Source: Utricularia gibba
Taxonomy: Eukaryota; Plantae; Magnoliophyta
NCBI GenBank assembly: GCA_002189035.1
Contig: NEEC01000014.1
Span: 1,612,001 to 1,676,000 of the forward strand
Reading direction: 5' to 3'
Length of the DNA: 64,000 nucleotides
Shown: piece by piece, positions 13,187-24,790 of the stretch
How positions within the stretch are numbered: the first letter of the stretch is position 1
How the letters are laid out: each line of letters starts with the position of its first letter
The notes under the pieces: generated by a model
Databases searched by the model: none
What the model was told of the DNA's origin: nothing
What the model saw: only the letters and a program-made list of their open reading frames with translations
Translations under genes and position numbers: made by a program

Positions 13187-13692
13187 ATGGAAGGAACCAG
13201 AAGAAGCAAACTCATCTACCACCTCATTCTTCTGCTTTGCACCTCAGCTATTCTTTTCATGGCTCAAGGTAACCAATCAGTTCCGATGTGAAATGCTGTT
13301 GTTCTTGTTTTTCGACTCAACCTCCATTAGTGAAACGCAATTTTCAGGTAGGCATCTTCATGTAGTCCCCCAAACCACCATGGTAAGCAAGGAATGGCTT
13401 TCTTTGTTTGTTTTCTGATAAAGCAGTAAAGACTCGAAGTGATTTGCAAATGCAGGAGATGAAGAAAATGAGGGTATTGATAGGATCAAGGCCTCCCAGA
13501 TGCGATAGGCACAAATGTGCTCCTGGCGGTGGCCATTGTGAGGCAGTTCAAGTTCCCATCACGCCATCCACACTGAAGCAGCAACAGCAGCAGCAGCGGA
13601 ACCTCGGACACTACACCAGACAAGAAGTCCTGGATTACAAACCCATGGCTTGGAAGTGCAGATGTGGGAACTTCTACCTCAATCCATGGTAG
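13187..13692 (+). CDS. EPFL2: EPIDERMAL PATTERNING FACTOR-like secreted peptide, EPFL2-like (3 exons)
   Basis: Exon 1 (13187-13268) encodes a signal peptide, MEGTRRSKLIYHLILLLCTSAILFMAQ. Exon 2 starts at 13348. Exon 3 reads EMKKMRVLIGSRPPRCDRHKCAPGGGHCEAVQVP...DYKPMAWKCRCGNFYLNPW*. Confidence 0.9.
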
Positions 13693-14642
13693 AACAACCC
13701 AGTAGCGGGAATCACAGATAGAATTCGAGACTCCATTAGAGTGTCGTTATATGATACCAGAGTCTAATCAGAGTCTTGGCTTGGCCTTCTTCATTTCCAC
13801 CCCACCACCTCATTTCTTTGATTTCACCGGCCGACGCAATCTCCCCGCCCGCACGTGAGTGAAATTTAAGGCAACTCCGGGGAAACTTAATTTATTGCAG
13901 CAGATGTAAAAAGTAGATGTCAGTGAATGGTCTGAACTCTGAAGGAAGGAAACTTCCTGAAGTATATTTACTCACTGATGCAAGGATCATCAATGGCGAC
14001 ATCTGATTCACAAGAAAAAAAAACATTAACGTAAGAATCACCAAAAAAGATGTGTGAACGCTTCTTTTGAGGCCGGGCCTACAACACACTGAATGCGTCA
14101 GTTTTAACTGCCAACCGAAAGCAGGAAAAATAAATCCACTTCATACTGTAAAGTTTTTTTTTATGTTCAGAGTAGACGAGGACTTTCTATCACGGATGTA
14201 AAACTATGTTTAAGTTTGAGTTTTATACTATAATATAATTAATAATATACTTAATTTATTTTTATTTAGATAAATATTGATTATATAGTTAAACTTAAAA
14301 TTTGTTTGATACATAAATTTTGAATATATGTGTTTAAAATAATATGATGTTTGATAAATAAAATAGAAATACCTATTATAGAGCACTCGTGTATTGTTAA
14401 ACTGTTATACCAAATATATATTGTTATCAACACAAGGATGTTTAAACAATTAAACCAACTTACTGAACACCCCATAAGTGTAATCTAAAAGAATTAATCA
14501 AACTTGATCCATCGGATTTATATTTTTTAAAATAAGAATATTTTTAAATTTTTAATATTTTAATATAAAAATAATTAATATTTAATAATAAAACTATTTA
14601 CCCTTTTGAAGATCTGCTTATTGCAAAATATGGTGGCATACG

Positions 14643-14680
14643 TGGGCTTGTGTATGGGCTTCTGAATGGTGGGCCACGCG
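14643..14680 (+). promoter_or_regulatory. Site II (TGGGCY) cluster upstream of PSRP6
   Basis: TGGGCT, TGGGCT and TGGGCC occur within about 35 nt, roughly 120-155 nt upstream of the ATG. This arrangement is typical of ribosomal-protein promoters. Confidence 0.55.
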
Positions 14681-14798
14681 CTTGGGCTCATTGTATGCAG
14701 CTCCATTTCCATTCTGCTCATCTGGCGTCTTATCAACACACTCGCGTTTTTTTAGCACTCAGGCTTCTCACTCACCAAAGAGCTTATCTTCAGAGGGG

Positions 14799-15137
14799 AT
14801 GGCGTCAATTTCCACCGTATTCGGTTCTAGACCGGTGGTGGCTCCTCCATCCAAGCCGTGCCCATCGGCGCGTTGTATTGGAGTTTTTTATGCTGGCGGA
14901 GGCGGTAGTGGGCTGGCGATAGAGTGCTCGTCAAGGCCAGAGAAGAAGGCCACCAAACACCACATGAAAACTCGCCCCCGCAAGACCAATCCTTCCGATA
15001 TCCGACGTCGGGGTCCCACAGTATATCCCCCGCTTCCTCCTCTGCCAGCGGAGTGGAGCTTTGTCGTGGAGGAGTCCGCCGTTGCCGCGCCGGAGATCGC
15101 CGCTGTTGATGCCCTAAATCCCCTTCAATCCGTGTAA
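14799..15137 (+). CDS. PSRP6: Plastid-specific 50S ribosomal protein 6 (cL38), intronless
   Basis: A transit-peptide-like N-terminus is followed by IECSSRPEKKATKHHMKTRPRKTNPSDIRRRGPTVYPPLPPLPAEWS, the conserved PSRP6 core. Confidence 0.93.
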   Translation: MASISTVFGSRPVVAPPSKPCPSARCIGVFYAGGGGSGLAIECSSRPEKKATKHHMKTRPRKTNPSDIRRRGPTVYPPLPPLPAEWSFVVEESAVAAPEIAAVDALNPLQSV

Positions 15138-18100
15138 TTCTCCAATCCCTGCATTAGGAAATTTGATTTCCTGAGGTTATCCTATCAACTTCGTTCCTTT
15201 CATTGTAATGGGCCCATGTTTATTGGGCCCAGCCCATATCATTTTAACGAAGCCCTAATTCTGCTGAATCAGAATGGAGAGGCAGTAGGGCAGGTCTAGC
15301 TCCATGGGTCAAACGGGTCGAGATCCGGAAATCCCAGCATTGGTCGCAATCCCCCCATCATTACTACCCAACACAAATAATTTAGAGACGCAGCAAATGA
15401 GGGATAGGATTGGATGGACATGATGATAAGATTTAGTTTGTCTGCTATCTCTGATGGAGGAAAAAAAAACATAGCATAATGGAATGAATGCAGAGGTAAT
15501 TATGAAGATTTTGCAGTGGTAAATTTAATGAGGGGTGCACTGGAGATGATAGAGGGAGGCTGCTAAGTTTCTTGACATGTTCACAAATCACATGCAGTGG
15601 AAGGGAAGGAGAAGGACCACTTGGCAGAGCAGTCCTTGCTTTCTTTGCACACAAAACAGTCACATTTTCTCTTGGCTTGAAATTAAAGTTGCTTCAAGTT
15701 TGTCTCTCCAATGTTGGAATGCCTCAGATTGACATTGGACCACACGCACATACACAGAGAGAATTCTGCACAAACTGCAACTTTCACAAGGTTTTACCCT
15801 ACGGATTGAGGTAGAAAACAAAAAGATGTTACATTGTGGTGGAGGAGAGAGTGACCTGCTGCCACTACACTGTGGGTAAAACATACTACAAAAGTGTGTT
15901 TTTTGAATACAAATTAACTGCCTCGTCTATCCAAGAAGAATGACAGAAGAGAGATGGTATGCCAGAGGGATTTGAGGTCACAAAGTTGTTTCACTCCAGT
16001 TGAACTATGTGAATCAAAACCTCCAGTGAAAAGAAGAAAAAAGGCGCAGTCCTCTGTAAAACTATCATTCCTTTAGCTGCTTACTAGTAACCATTGTTTC
16101 TGGTCACTTCACAGTTGATGTAGGTTTGAAAAAATAGCTTGTGGAGGAGGAGGGCAAGTGAGCAAATGGCCCCTCAAGTGAAGAGCAGTCCAAACATCAT
16201 TAGGGGAAGCATGAGAAAATGACAACACATGGGAGATAATGAGGGACCATTAACCCAGTTTTCATGCATAGATATCTCTACATCACATATTTGATCCGTG
16301 TTTCTTCTTCAGTAAATTGAGAAGACGAACACCTCACAGTTTTTCATGTATTGCAACCATCAACTGTCGTCTTCTCAACAAAGAGGACCACAAACTGTTT
16401 GAAAGACTCATAACAGAACAGTGTGGTAGCTCGGTCTAAGAGCATACCATACAACCATTCCAAGAAAACTATGCATTCAATGATACCACAGAACATGTGC
16501 TGAGCTTCGGCTTAGTGAAAATGGCTGTGTCAACAACACGCGAGGAATTGTTTGAATCAGTGAACACCACAAATGTAATCTAAGCAAAATATGTGAATCA
16601 ACGGAAATGGTAACCCCACTAAGTAATAACAAAAGCACCAGAAGACAAACTTCTGTACAGAGGATTTCTTTCACTTTCCTCTCCCTTTTGCTACATAGAT
16701 GTATAATAGATTTTGTTGTGAAAAAGAACGAAAGAAAAAGAAAATGCCTGGCTCCATCCTGTGTGCCCCCAATCCATCCATACCATACTACCAAAGGAGA
16801 GAGCCTCCTCCCACACATTCATCCACTTCATCAAGGAATAACAGCAAGTTGTAGAAATGTGTTGCTCCCATCATCATCAAGACCCGCAAAGTACAATATT
16901 GGATTCCCAGAAAAAAAGAGCACATGCTTCTTGACAAGGATGACTCGTCTTTCCCACGTTCGATCCCGACCCATTTCTTCTTCGACGTTTCTGATGCCCC
17001 CATTCCCATCCCAAATAAGTTGCGCCTCTTTTCCTGTTCTTCAACAGCAACACTAACAAACAGCTAGTTCCTTTAACTCATCGTTGGCTCTTTTCCTAAT
17101 CACGAGCAGAGAAGAAGGGATTTGAACAAAGAATAATGCGCCTGTTGGTGCGTCCTGGGATCGAAGAGACGGGGAGGCGCAGAGCAGAGGGAATGAACAA
17201 ATCCAATATAAAGCGAGGGTAGAAGTTAGAAGGAGAAGCGACGTTTTAAGGGGGATTTCAAGACAGCCAGGTCGCCCCTGTCTTTCCAACCCATTCCCGC
17301 TGCATGATTATAATTATTATTCTTGTACTAGAAACATCCTTAAACAAATACTACAATTTCAAAAATAATATTTACAATTTTCTAAAAACAAGAATAAAAT
17401 TCTAAATTTCTATTATATTTAAATCATTTTAAAAAAATAAAAACGATTCCAAACATACCTTAAAAATTCATCATGGGATGTGTGTGCAAAAAAATAGAAG
17501 GGAAAGTGATGAGTAGGGTTGGTAAGTTGATAATTGACTGGTAGTTAATGAGGAAGAGGATGCGTGATCCTGCGTCGCGTAGTGTGGTCAAACATGTGTG
17601 CTACTATTTACTTACTATTCACTGCTTCGACAAACTCCCCCTTCTGAAAGAGAAACAAGGACAAACAAACATGTCTGATACTATAATGTCCTTAATAACA
17701 TGATGTCTATTGGGCAAATACTGAGTTAATTGTGCAGTTTTGTTTGCTGGGAAAGTGGATGTCATTCGTTAAGGAAGTGCTTACACAAATTTAACCCACT
17801 AGTGATGTAGGATTTGCTCCGGTTTTCATGGCTCAAGTTGCTTCATTTTGATCATAATGGGGAACAGTAGCCAGTGAGCCTTCACCATAGGCATTGTTGC
17901 CCTGTTTCAGTGTTTCGATCGCACTAAAGGTCTTTGCTGGGATCCCCTTCATAGGTTAAGAGTGTGGTTTCATTTGTGAGGATGAAATGCATCCACCTTG
18001 TTGGGATGGTAAGGTAAATCTACTTGTAATCTGGAGGGAGGGATTTGACTTCCCTGGTGTGCTGCTCGCTCTGCAACCTCCCTTCATGGGAGATGTCTTC

Positions 18101-18361
18101 AGGTCATACACTATGTAGTTCTTCTGTGTTGGGAAGTGAAGCTGTCTTGTCTAGCCAACGCAAATGGAGTCATTTCCCATGGTGTTTTTTTGCATCCCAT
18201 AGTTATTACACAGAAATGGTGATGATGCACAACTACCTTCTGTGGAAGGAACATTATTTATGAATACAGATCTCTCTCTACTTATCCACAAGCTGTGCTC
18301 TACGAATACATACTGCAAACTTGCAATCTATAAACCAAATGTTGGCGCCATGTTCTCTGAA

Positions 18362-21300
18362 TCAAGGTTCTTCCTTCTGAACCGATGATTCATTCTTGTC
18401 TGAGACATCTTTAGAGACGACAATGGTGACCAGCTCACACTGTGTCCGAGCTCCCTCCAGCAATTGAACAACGTTTCTCATGCTTGGCCTAGAGGATGGA
18501 ACCCTGGTAGTGCAAAGAACGGCCACCTTCAGCACTTTGAGTGCACTTTCTTTGTGAACTTCTGCAATTTCTTTGTCCAACAGGCTTTTAACGCTCTCCT
18601 TGGTTTTCAACCTGCAAAAAACCCAATCTACCAAATCCTTGTTCTCCCCAAACTCAGCCTCCATGGGTCTTCTTCCAGTAACGAGCTCCATCAGCACTAC
18701 TCCGAAGCTATAGATATCACTCTTCTCGTTCACCTTCTTCGTGTAGCCGTATTCTGCAAAGCACGAACGAGTCAAATATAATGGATCATGATGGTGTGCT
18801 TAAACAATGCAAGAAACTGGATTTCGTCATTGTTCACCTGGGGCGATGTACCCATGTGTTCCGGCGATCATGACAGTTGAATCATTGTTGGAATCGGCTT
18901 GGATGATCTTGGCCAATCCGAAATCTGCAATTCTTGGTTCCATATTCTCATCCAAAAGAATGTTGCTTGATTTCACGTCGCGGTGGATTAGTGGCTTCTC
19001 ACAGCCATGGTGCAGATACTCGAGTCCCCTGGCTGCACCCAGGGCGATTTCATACCTTGATTCCCAGTCCAAAACCAGCTTCGTTGAAAAATGGAGTTTG
19101 TCCCATAAACTTCCATTGGGCATGTATTCGTAAACCAGAAGGCTGGAGTCTTCGCTTGTTATGCTGCACAGGAGTTTCACCACGTTCTTATGCCTTATGG
19201 AGCTCAGAGTTTGAACCTCAGCTTCAAATCCTCTCGTTTTCAATGGATTTTTGATTAGTATTGGAGTCGAGCTGGTGATCTTTCTGTCATCCAAGTGCGA
19301 GATGTGTTTCACTGCGAGTTTTTGCCCGCCGGGAAGGATGACACAGTATACGTCCCCGGAACCGCCTTTCCCTATCCGATTCTCCGGCTTGATGGAATCT
19401 AGAATGTCGTCCTCTGTGAACGAGAGCATGTGGAAAGACTTGAAATCCCACGAGTTCTCTCTAAGAGATCTCTCCGCGCTACGCTTGGCTTTCTTCTTGG
19501 CGTACGCCATGGCAACCAGCGAAGCGAGCAAAACAATGAAAACCATGCCCAAGAAGAATAGAAGGATATGGAAATGAACGGACTTGCTGGAATCCTGAAG
19601 ACATCGTCGGAATCCCTTCATGTGGTTGCTGCAGAGGCCAGTATTCCCTGCAAAGTTGGCATTTGTGATAGAGGAATCCGGAATTCGACCAGTCAAATTG
19701 TTTTCAGAAAGATCAAGGAGGTTCAGCTGGAGGGAGGAAAAAGACGTCGGAATACGGCCGGAGAGATGGTTTTTCGACAGGTTCAAGTAATTTAAAGCCG
19801 GTAACAAGCCCAGAGAGTCAGGGATATAGCCGGAAAGTTCATTTTCAGCCATGTTGATTTCGTTTACTGAGCTACAAGAGCCTAAAGAGTCGGGTATTGA
19901 ACCAGAGAAGTTGTTGCCCTGCAGCAGAAGACTAGTGAGCTCCTTTAAGTCTCCAATGGTAGCTGGAATTTGGCCAGAAAAATGGTTGTATCCCAAATTC
20001 ATGGAAACTAGAGAGCTAGTTTGTGATATCTCATGGGGCAATTCACCAGAAAGTCTGTTCCTGGAGATAAAAAGCTGGGCCAAAGACTTCGCTCTTGCAA
20101 TATCAGAAGTAATCGCCCCTTCAAGATAATTCTCAGCTAGATCAATGATTTCTGCGTTAGGCAGACCCCAAATTCCTCCGGGGACCTGGCCTGAGAGCGA
20201 ATTCCGACTAACTCTAAACCGTTGCAATGATGTGCAGGCGCCATAAGTTGCCGGAATTTCGCCCGTGAAATTGTTCTGCAGCATTAAGAGCTTTTTCATG
20301 GTTCCCTGTTTGCACATATCCGGTGGAATAGGTCCAGTGAGCAAATTCTCCGACACATCGATGAAGTTGAAACTTGCCCACGAGCCCAGCTTCTGTGGAA
20401 GAGTGCCAGTCAGGTTATTGGTATAAAGCGATAAGTTCACCAAGTTCAAAAAATTGCCAAGCTCTGCCGGAACTTCGCCACTGAAATGGTTTTCAAAGAG
20501 CTGCAGACTGATGAGCTGGTTCAAGAATCCCACTTCGGAAAGATTTCCATGGAGATTATTGTCGGAAGCATCAAAAAACTGAAGATTTTTCAAGTTTCGT
20601 AATCCAAGCGGTAACTCTCCGGTGAGTTTGTTTGAATAAATCACAAACATCTGAAGTTTCACCAGTTTGGTGATTCCAGCAGGAATCTCGCCGGAGAGAA
20701 AATTCTGCGACAGTTCTAAATGAAATAGCTCATTAAGATTCCCAATTTCCTCTGGGATCGTCCCTTCAAGTCTGCAATTGGATAAATACAACCAATTCAG
20801 TTTCTTTAGATCCAAAATCACACCAGGAAACGGCATTCGATCAAACTGATTATCTCCCACACTGAGAACTTGAAGATTAGTCATATTCCTGAGAGAGTTC
20901 CACGGAAACGGCCCAGAAAATCCACTCATATTCGCATACAACGTGACCAACTCACTAAGCGAAGATATATCAGGGAACGTGCCCGTGAAAAAATTGTTTC
21001 CCAGATCCAGATACTTGAGCCCGGAGCAGCCCTCCAAGTCGGAGCCGGAAACGGGGCCGTGGAGATTATTGTATCCAAGCGAAAGCTTCTGCAATGACTT
21101 GAGACTGCAGAAATCATTTGCAGGAAGGCGCCCATTAAGTTTCTGGTTTGAAAGGTCGATTTCCACGACGAACCCATGTGAATCACAAGTGATTCCAGAG
21201 AAGTCGCAGACTGAATGCTGCGGCTGCGCCACCCAAGAATCGAAAACCTTCGTGGAATTGGGATACTGAAATGCCGCCTTGATCGATAAAAGGGTTTCAA

Positions 21301-21376
21301 CTTCGCCGACGGCGGAGGTGGCCGCAGGCAGAAAGAAGACGATAGAAACAAGGCCGAGGAAGGCACCGGCCACCAT
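18362..21376 (-). CDS. RLK7: LRR receptor-like kinase subfamily XI, RLK7/HAIKU2-like (2 exons; intron 18754-18837)
   Basis: The 849-aa first-exon ORF has a signal peptide, N-cap CxFxGITC, about 20 LRRs, a TM helix, SWDFKSFHMLSFTEDDILDSIK, GKGGSGDVY, HRDVKSSNILLD and DFG. Exon 2 reads EYGYTKKVNEKSDIYSFGVVLMELVTG. RLK7 versus IKU2 cannot be resolved by eye. Confidence 0.9.
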
Positions 21377-21814
21377 TTTAGATAAGATTGCGTGGTTGCT
21401 GGAGACCCTTCAGTTTCCGGGCACCATGTTAGAAAGATAGACACGCTCCTGTTGTGTCTTCTAAACCTCAACCCTTTGACTACCGTCAACGTGATGCCGT
21501 CGCCGAATAATTTGACTATTTTAAATCCATGGTTTGACCACGCCCTCGTGATAGCCCACTTGTTTTAAACTAAAAGGCAATTCTAGAAGATGGGTACAAG
21601 TTTTAGATTTCTATTATACTTTAAGAATGATGATATCATTTTCTGTCTTTTTTCCATATTTTCATTTATAAAATCAATCATCATACATGATTTATTAAAA
21701 TTAGGCCTATTTAGCTCCTTTCATTCAAAATGCAAGAAAAACACCATGAATTGTGACTTGAAAATGTTTTTTCATCATATGAATCTCAAAAGTGAATTTT
21801 CTTAAACAGGTTTC

Positions 21815-22110
21815 GGGGATGTTTGGTAAATAGGTTTGATTATTTATATATCTGTATATTGATAAAAATATTTTTTAGTAATCTAAAACAATCGTAAATC
21901 ATTCCGAATTCAGTACTTTAAAACTCACATGATATTTATTAAACAATTTAATTTATAAATTATTTATTTTAAATATATTTATCAAACATAGTATTATTTT
22001 AAATACATATGTGCATAAAAATACATGTTAAAAAAATAAAATCGTAATCGCTTATTACGTATTAATTTTAAGCATAATTAATTCAAATACAATATTAATT
22101 AAACATACCC
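21815..22110. mobile_element. MITE-like element (Tourist/PIF-Harbinger-like)
   Basis: An AT-rich element of about 295 bp is bounded by GGGGATGTTT and AAACATACCC (imperfect inverted repeats) and followed by TAA. The left TSD is not matched. Confidence 0.45.
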
Positions 22111-22147
22111 TAAAGTATGAACAAGATAAATAAGAGGCTCTTAATTA

Positions 22148-22355
22148 GGCTTTGTTTGGTCGATGTGTTTAGATGATTGTGTATTTAAATTATTTAGATT
22201 TAGATAAACTTAAATATATAAATATAAAAATACTCATACATCCTATATATCCATATATAAAGATATTATATGGATATAATGATGATTATATTCGTATAAT
22301 TGATATAATTATAACCAATATAAATCTGTATTATAACTTCATATCAAACAAGATC
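22148..22355. mobile_element. MITE-like element (Tourist-like)
   Basis: GGCTTTGTTTGGT ... ATCAAACAAGATC form imperfect TIRs flanked by TTA and TAA. The interior is very AT-rich. Confidence 0.5.
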
Positions 22356-23099
22356 TAAAAATGTAAGCCCGGAATAATTTGTACTTGTGCGTAGTACAAG
22401 ATGTGTCACTAACTCGGTGATGGTACCACACTAACATCATTTGTCTTGTTTTATACAGAAAAAAATGAGGATAGCCATATAAACTAAGCTATAAAATAAT
22501 ATCCTGAGATAACAACGGGCCATTAATTAGAACACGGTCAGGCACGCGTATTCATGGGGACAGCTTGTCTTCCCCTATCCTTCATTGGATATAAAAAATT
22601 AATTTCACTTCCTAAATATCTCGAATCTTTTTTTTTGTTATCCTCCTAATCTCGTAAACTATACACTTCCTAGAGTTGTGTCTGAATTGGGTTTGTTTAA
22701 AGCAGTCAAATGAGAATTCTGTGAGACATGGAGCATAACATAAAAAACGACAACACACACCCCTTGTTTGTTCGGATTCTGTAATGACAAAGTACGATGC
22801 GCTAAAGAAGGAAATTTTATTTCTTTTTTTTTTAAATTAATGATGGATTGATTGGTAATTAAATAAAAACAAATAATTTAAAATGCTAATAGCGATATTT
22901 AAGCTGCAAAGTAGGCAGGGCCCCACTGAATTAATGGCTTGACCGTTGAGCTGATGTCGCATGGCGACTTTCTCAGATAATCATGAGCGTGTTTTGTGGA
23001 CAACAATTTCTTGAATTAGTAATTAAATGTGAGATTGCAGCTAAAAACATATTTTCCACAACGGTGGAAAATACATTTCTACCCTCCTCTGAAAAACGT

Positions 23100-23107
23100 C
23101 ACGTGGC
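23100..23107 (+). promoter_or_regulatory. G-box/ABRE (CACGTGGC)
   Basis: ACGTCACGTGGC sits at the transition from AT-rich DNA into a GC-richer, transcript-like region. Confidence 0.4.
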
Positions 23108-24790
23108 TTTTGGCTCCGGCTCTGCGGCAGCCGTTGCGCCTCCCCCTCCGGCCGGAGAAGAGCATTTAGGTCAGTGGGTTAGCAACATGACGGAGGGAGA
23201 GGAAAACCTTGCACCAGCGGCATCCCTGTAAAGCCCCAGAGTTGGTTGGGGATTCTTGGTGATTGAATGAATCAAAGGAGTGAGTGGTTTCCGGTGAACA
23301 GTGAATGCTGTAAATCATGAAGAATCGCTTTTTTTTTTTAGCTACAAAGTTATTCATTAAGCCAGTGGTTATTCGTTTTCAGCAAGGAATATAAAATGTA
23401 TTAATAAAGTAAGAAAAGTTTAACCAGTTCTGGGAGAGGATGGTGGAGGTCCAGTCAAGTATTCGGTTCTAATGCTTCTTCTACTCATATTCTTTGTTCC
23501 CAAAATATATTAACATAAACGTTTTTGGAATATTTGACCATCTCATTCCCCTGCAAATTTGTGTGGAATATCTTTTCAAGAACTTGATCCAAGTATTTGC
23601 AGTTAGATAAAAAGAATCACCGCGACCCACAATACCAGTACCGGAATCCCGGAAAGGAAAACCGGAGTTATTCTGCAATGGATGCCCGGCCCCGGCTCCG
23701 GCCCGTGCTTTCACTCCGGATTCTGGAACTGGGTTGAACTTGGATGAGGCCCACTTAGCCCAGCTCTATTTCAAATGCTGAAATGTGATTGGAAGGAATA
23801 GATAAGACGAGGATGGCATACATACTTTAATGTGGCTGGCTGCTCTTCGTAATCCTCTCCATTCCGATGTGTTCGCAGATATATTTCTACCATCCATACT
23901 GGGATATTCTGCATCTTTTCCCATTTCCCTCAAGGCAATTACCGATGATGCATTGCGGAGAAAAAGATATTTAATACCTGTAAGTAATCGATCCTTTCTT
24001 CGTTCTTGATTTGATTTGTTGTGTTCTTAACGCCATGTTGGACAATAAAAAAACTGGTTGCGAGAACAAAGATAGGGTGAGTTAACTGAATAATGGAAAA
24101 AAGCCATTGTTGGTTGGAGGCAGGTCCGAATGTGAGTAATCTGTATGGAACAGACCGGGGATAAATGCAGTATATGAGATTTGGGAACTCGTGTTCGATT
24201 ATTGGTTTCTGTATGTCGTCCCCATAATTGACCCACTGCCCTTTCTTTGATTCTTTATGGTGGTTTAGTTAATGGAAATGTGTGGGATGATTTCAATTCC
24301 AAAAACTTGTTGCTTCTTATACCATGCTTAGCTGAAGAGGGCTTGATTGTTCCCTGTAAGTATGACAGAGGGTGACGAGGTAGAATAAAGTTTTTTTCCT
24401 TAACAGTGCCTAATGAACTTCATCTTGATCCTTTTTTCATCCTTTATTTTGCTTTCTGATATTTTTGTTTGGGCAATGTAGCAAAAAACCATTTTATTAA
24501 CATCTACAATTTTCCTTTTAGCGTATCGTGGATATTATTTCACTGCTTCAGAGTTATGTATCCTATCTTATGGGATGTGTAGTTTAGGAGCTTTTCGGCC
24601 GCAAGTTGTGCAGTTTAGGAGTTTTCAACGTTGCCATTGTTTCCATGCGGTAGATCACCTCAAACACTGGGAACATATCTGGTAGCTGTTGCTTCTGCAG
24701 TGGCTGCAGTTCTCTTACTTTTCCTCCAATTTGCGGCTGTACCAAGCCTCATTGAATCCAAAACCTGCATTTCGATTGCTCTCTTCTGGC

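Noticed and set aside
17268-17280. CAGGTCGCCCCTG matches the 3' 13 nt of miR398
   Set aside because: The 5' seed portion does not match and no complementary star arm is visible nearby.
18464-21489. Many 60-190 aa ORFs overlapping RLK7 (and similar ones over NRAMP, AITR and DUF620)
   Set aside because: They are antisense or alternative-frame shadows of real coding sequence with no recognisable motifs.
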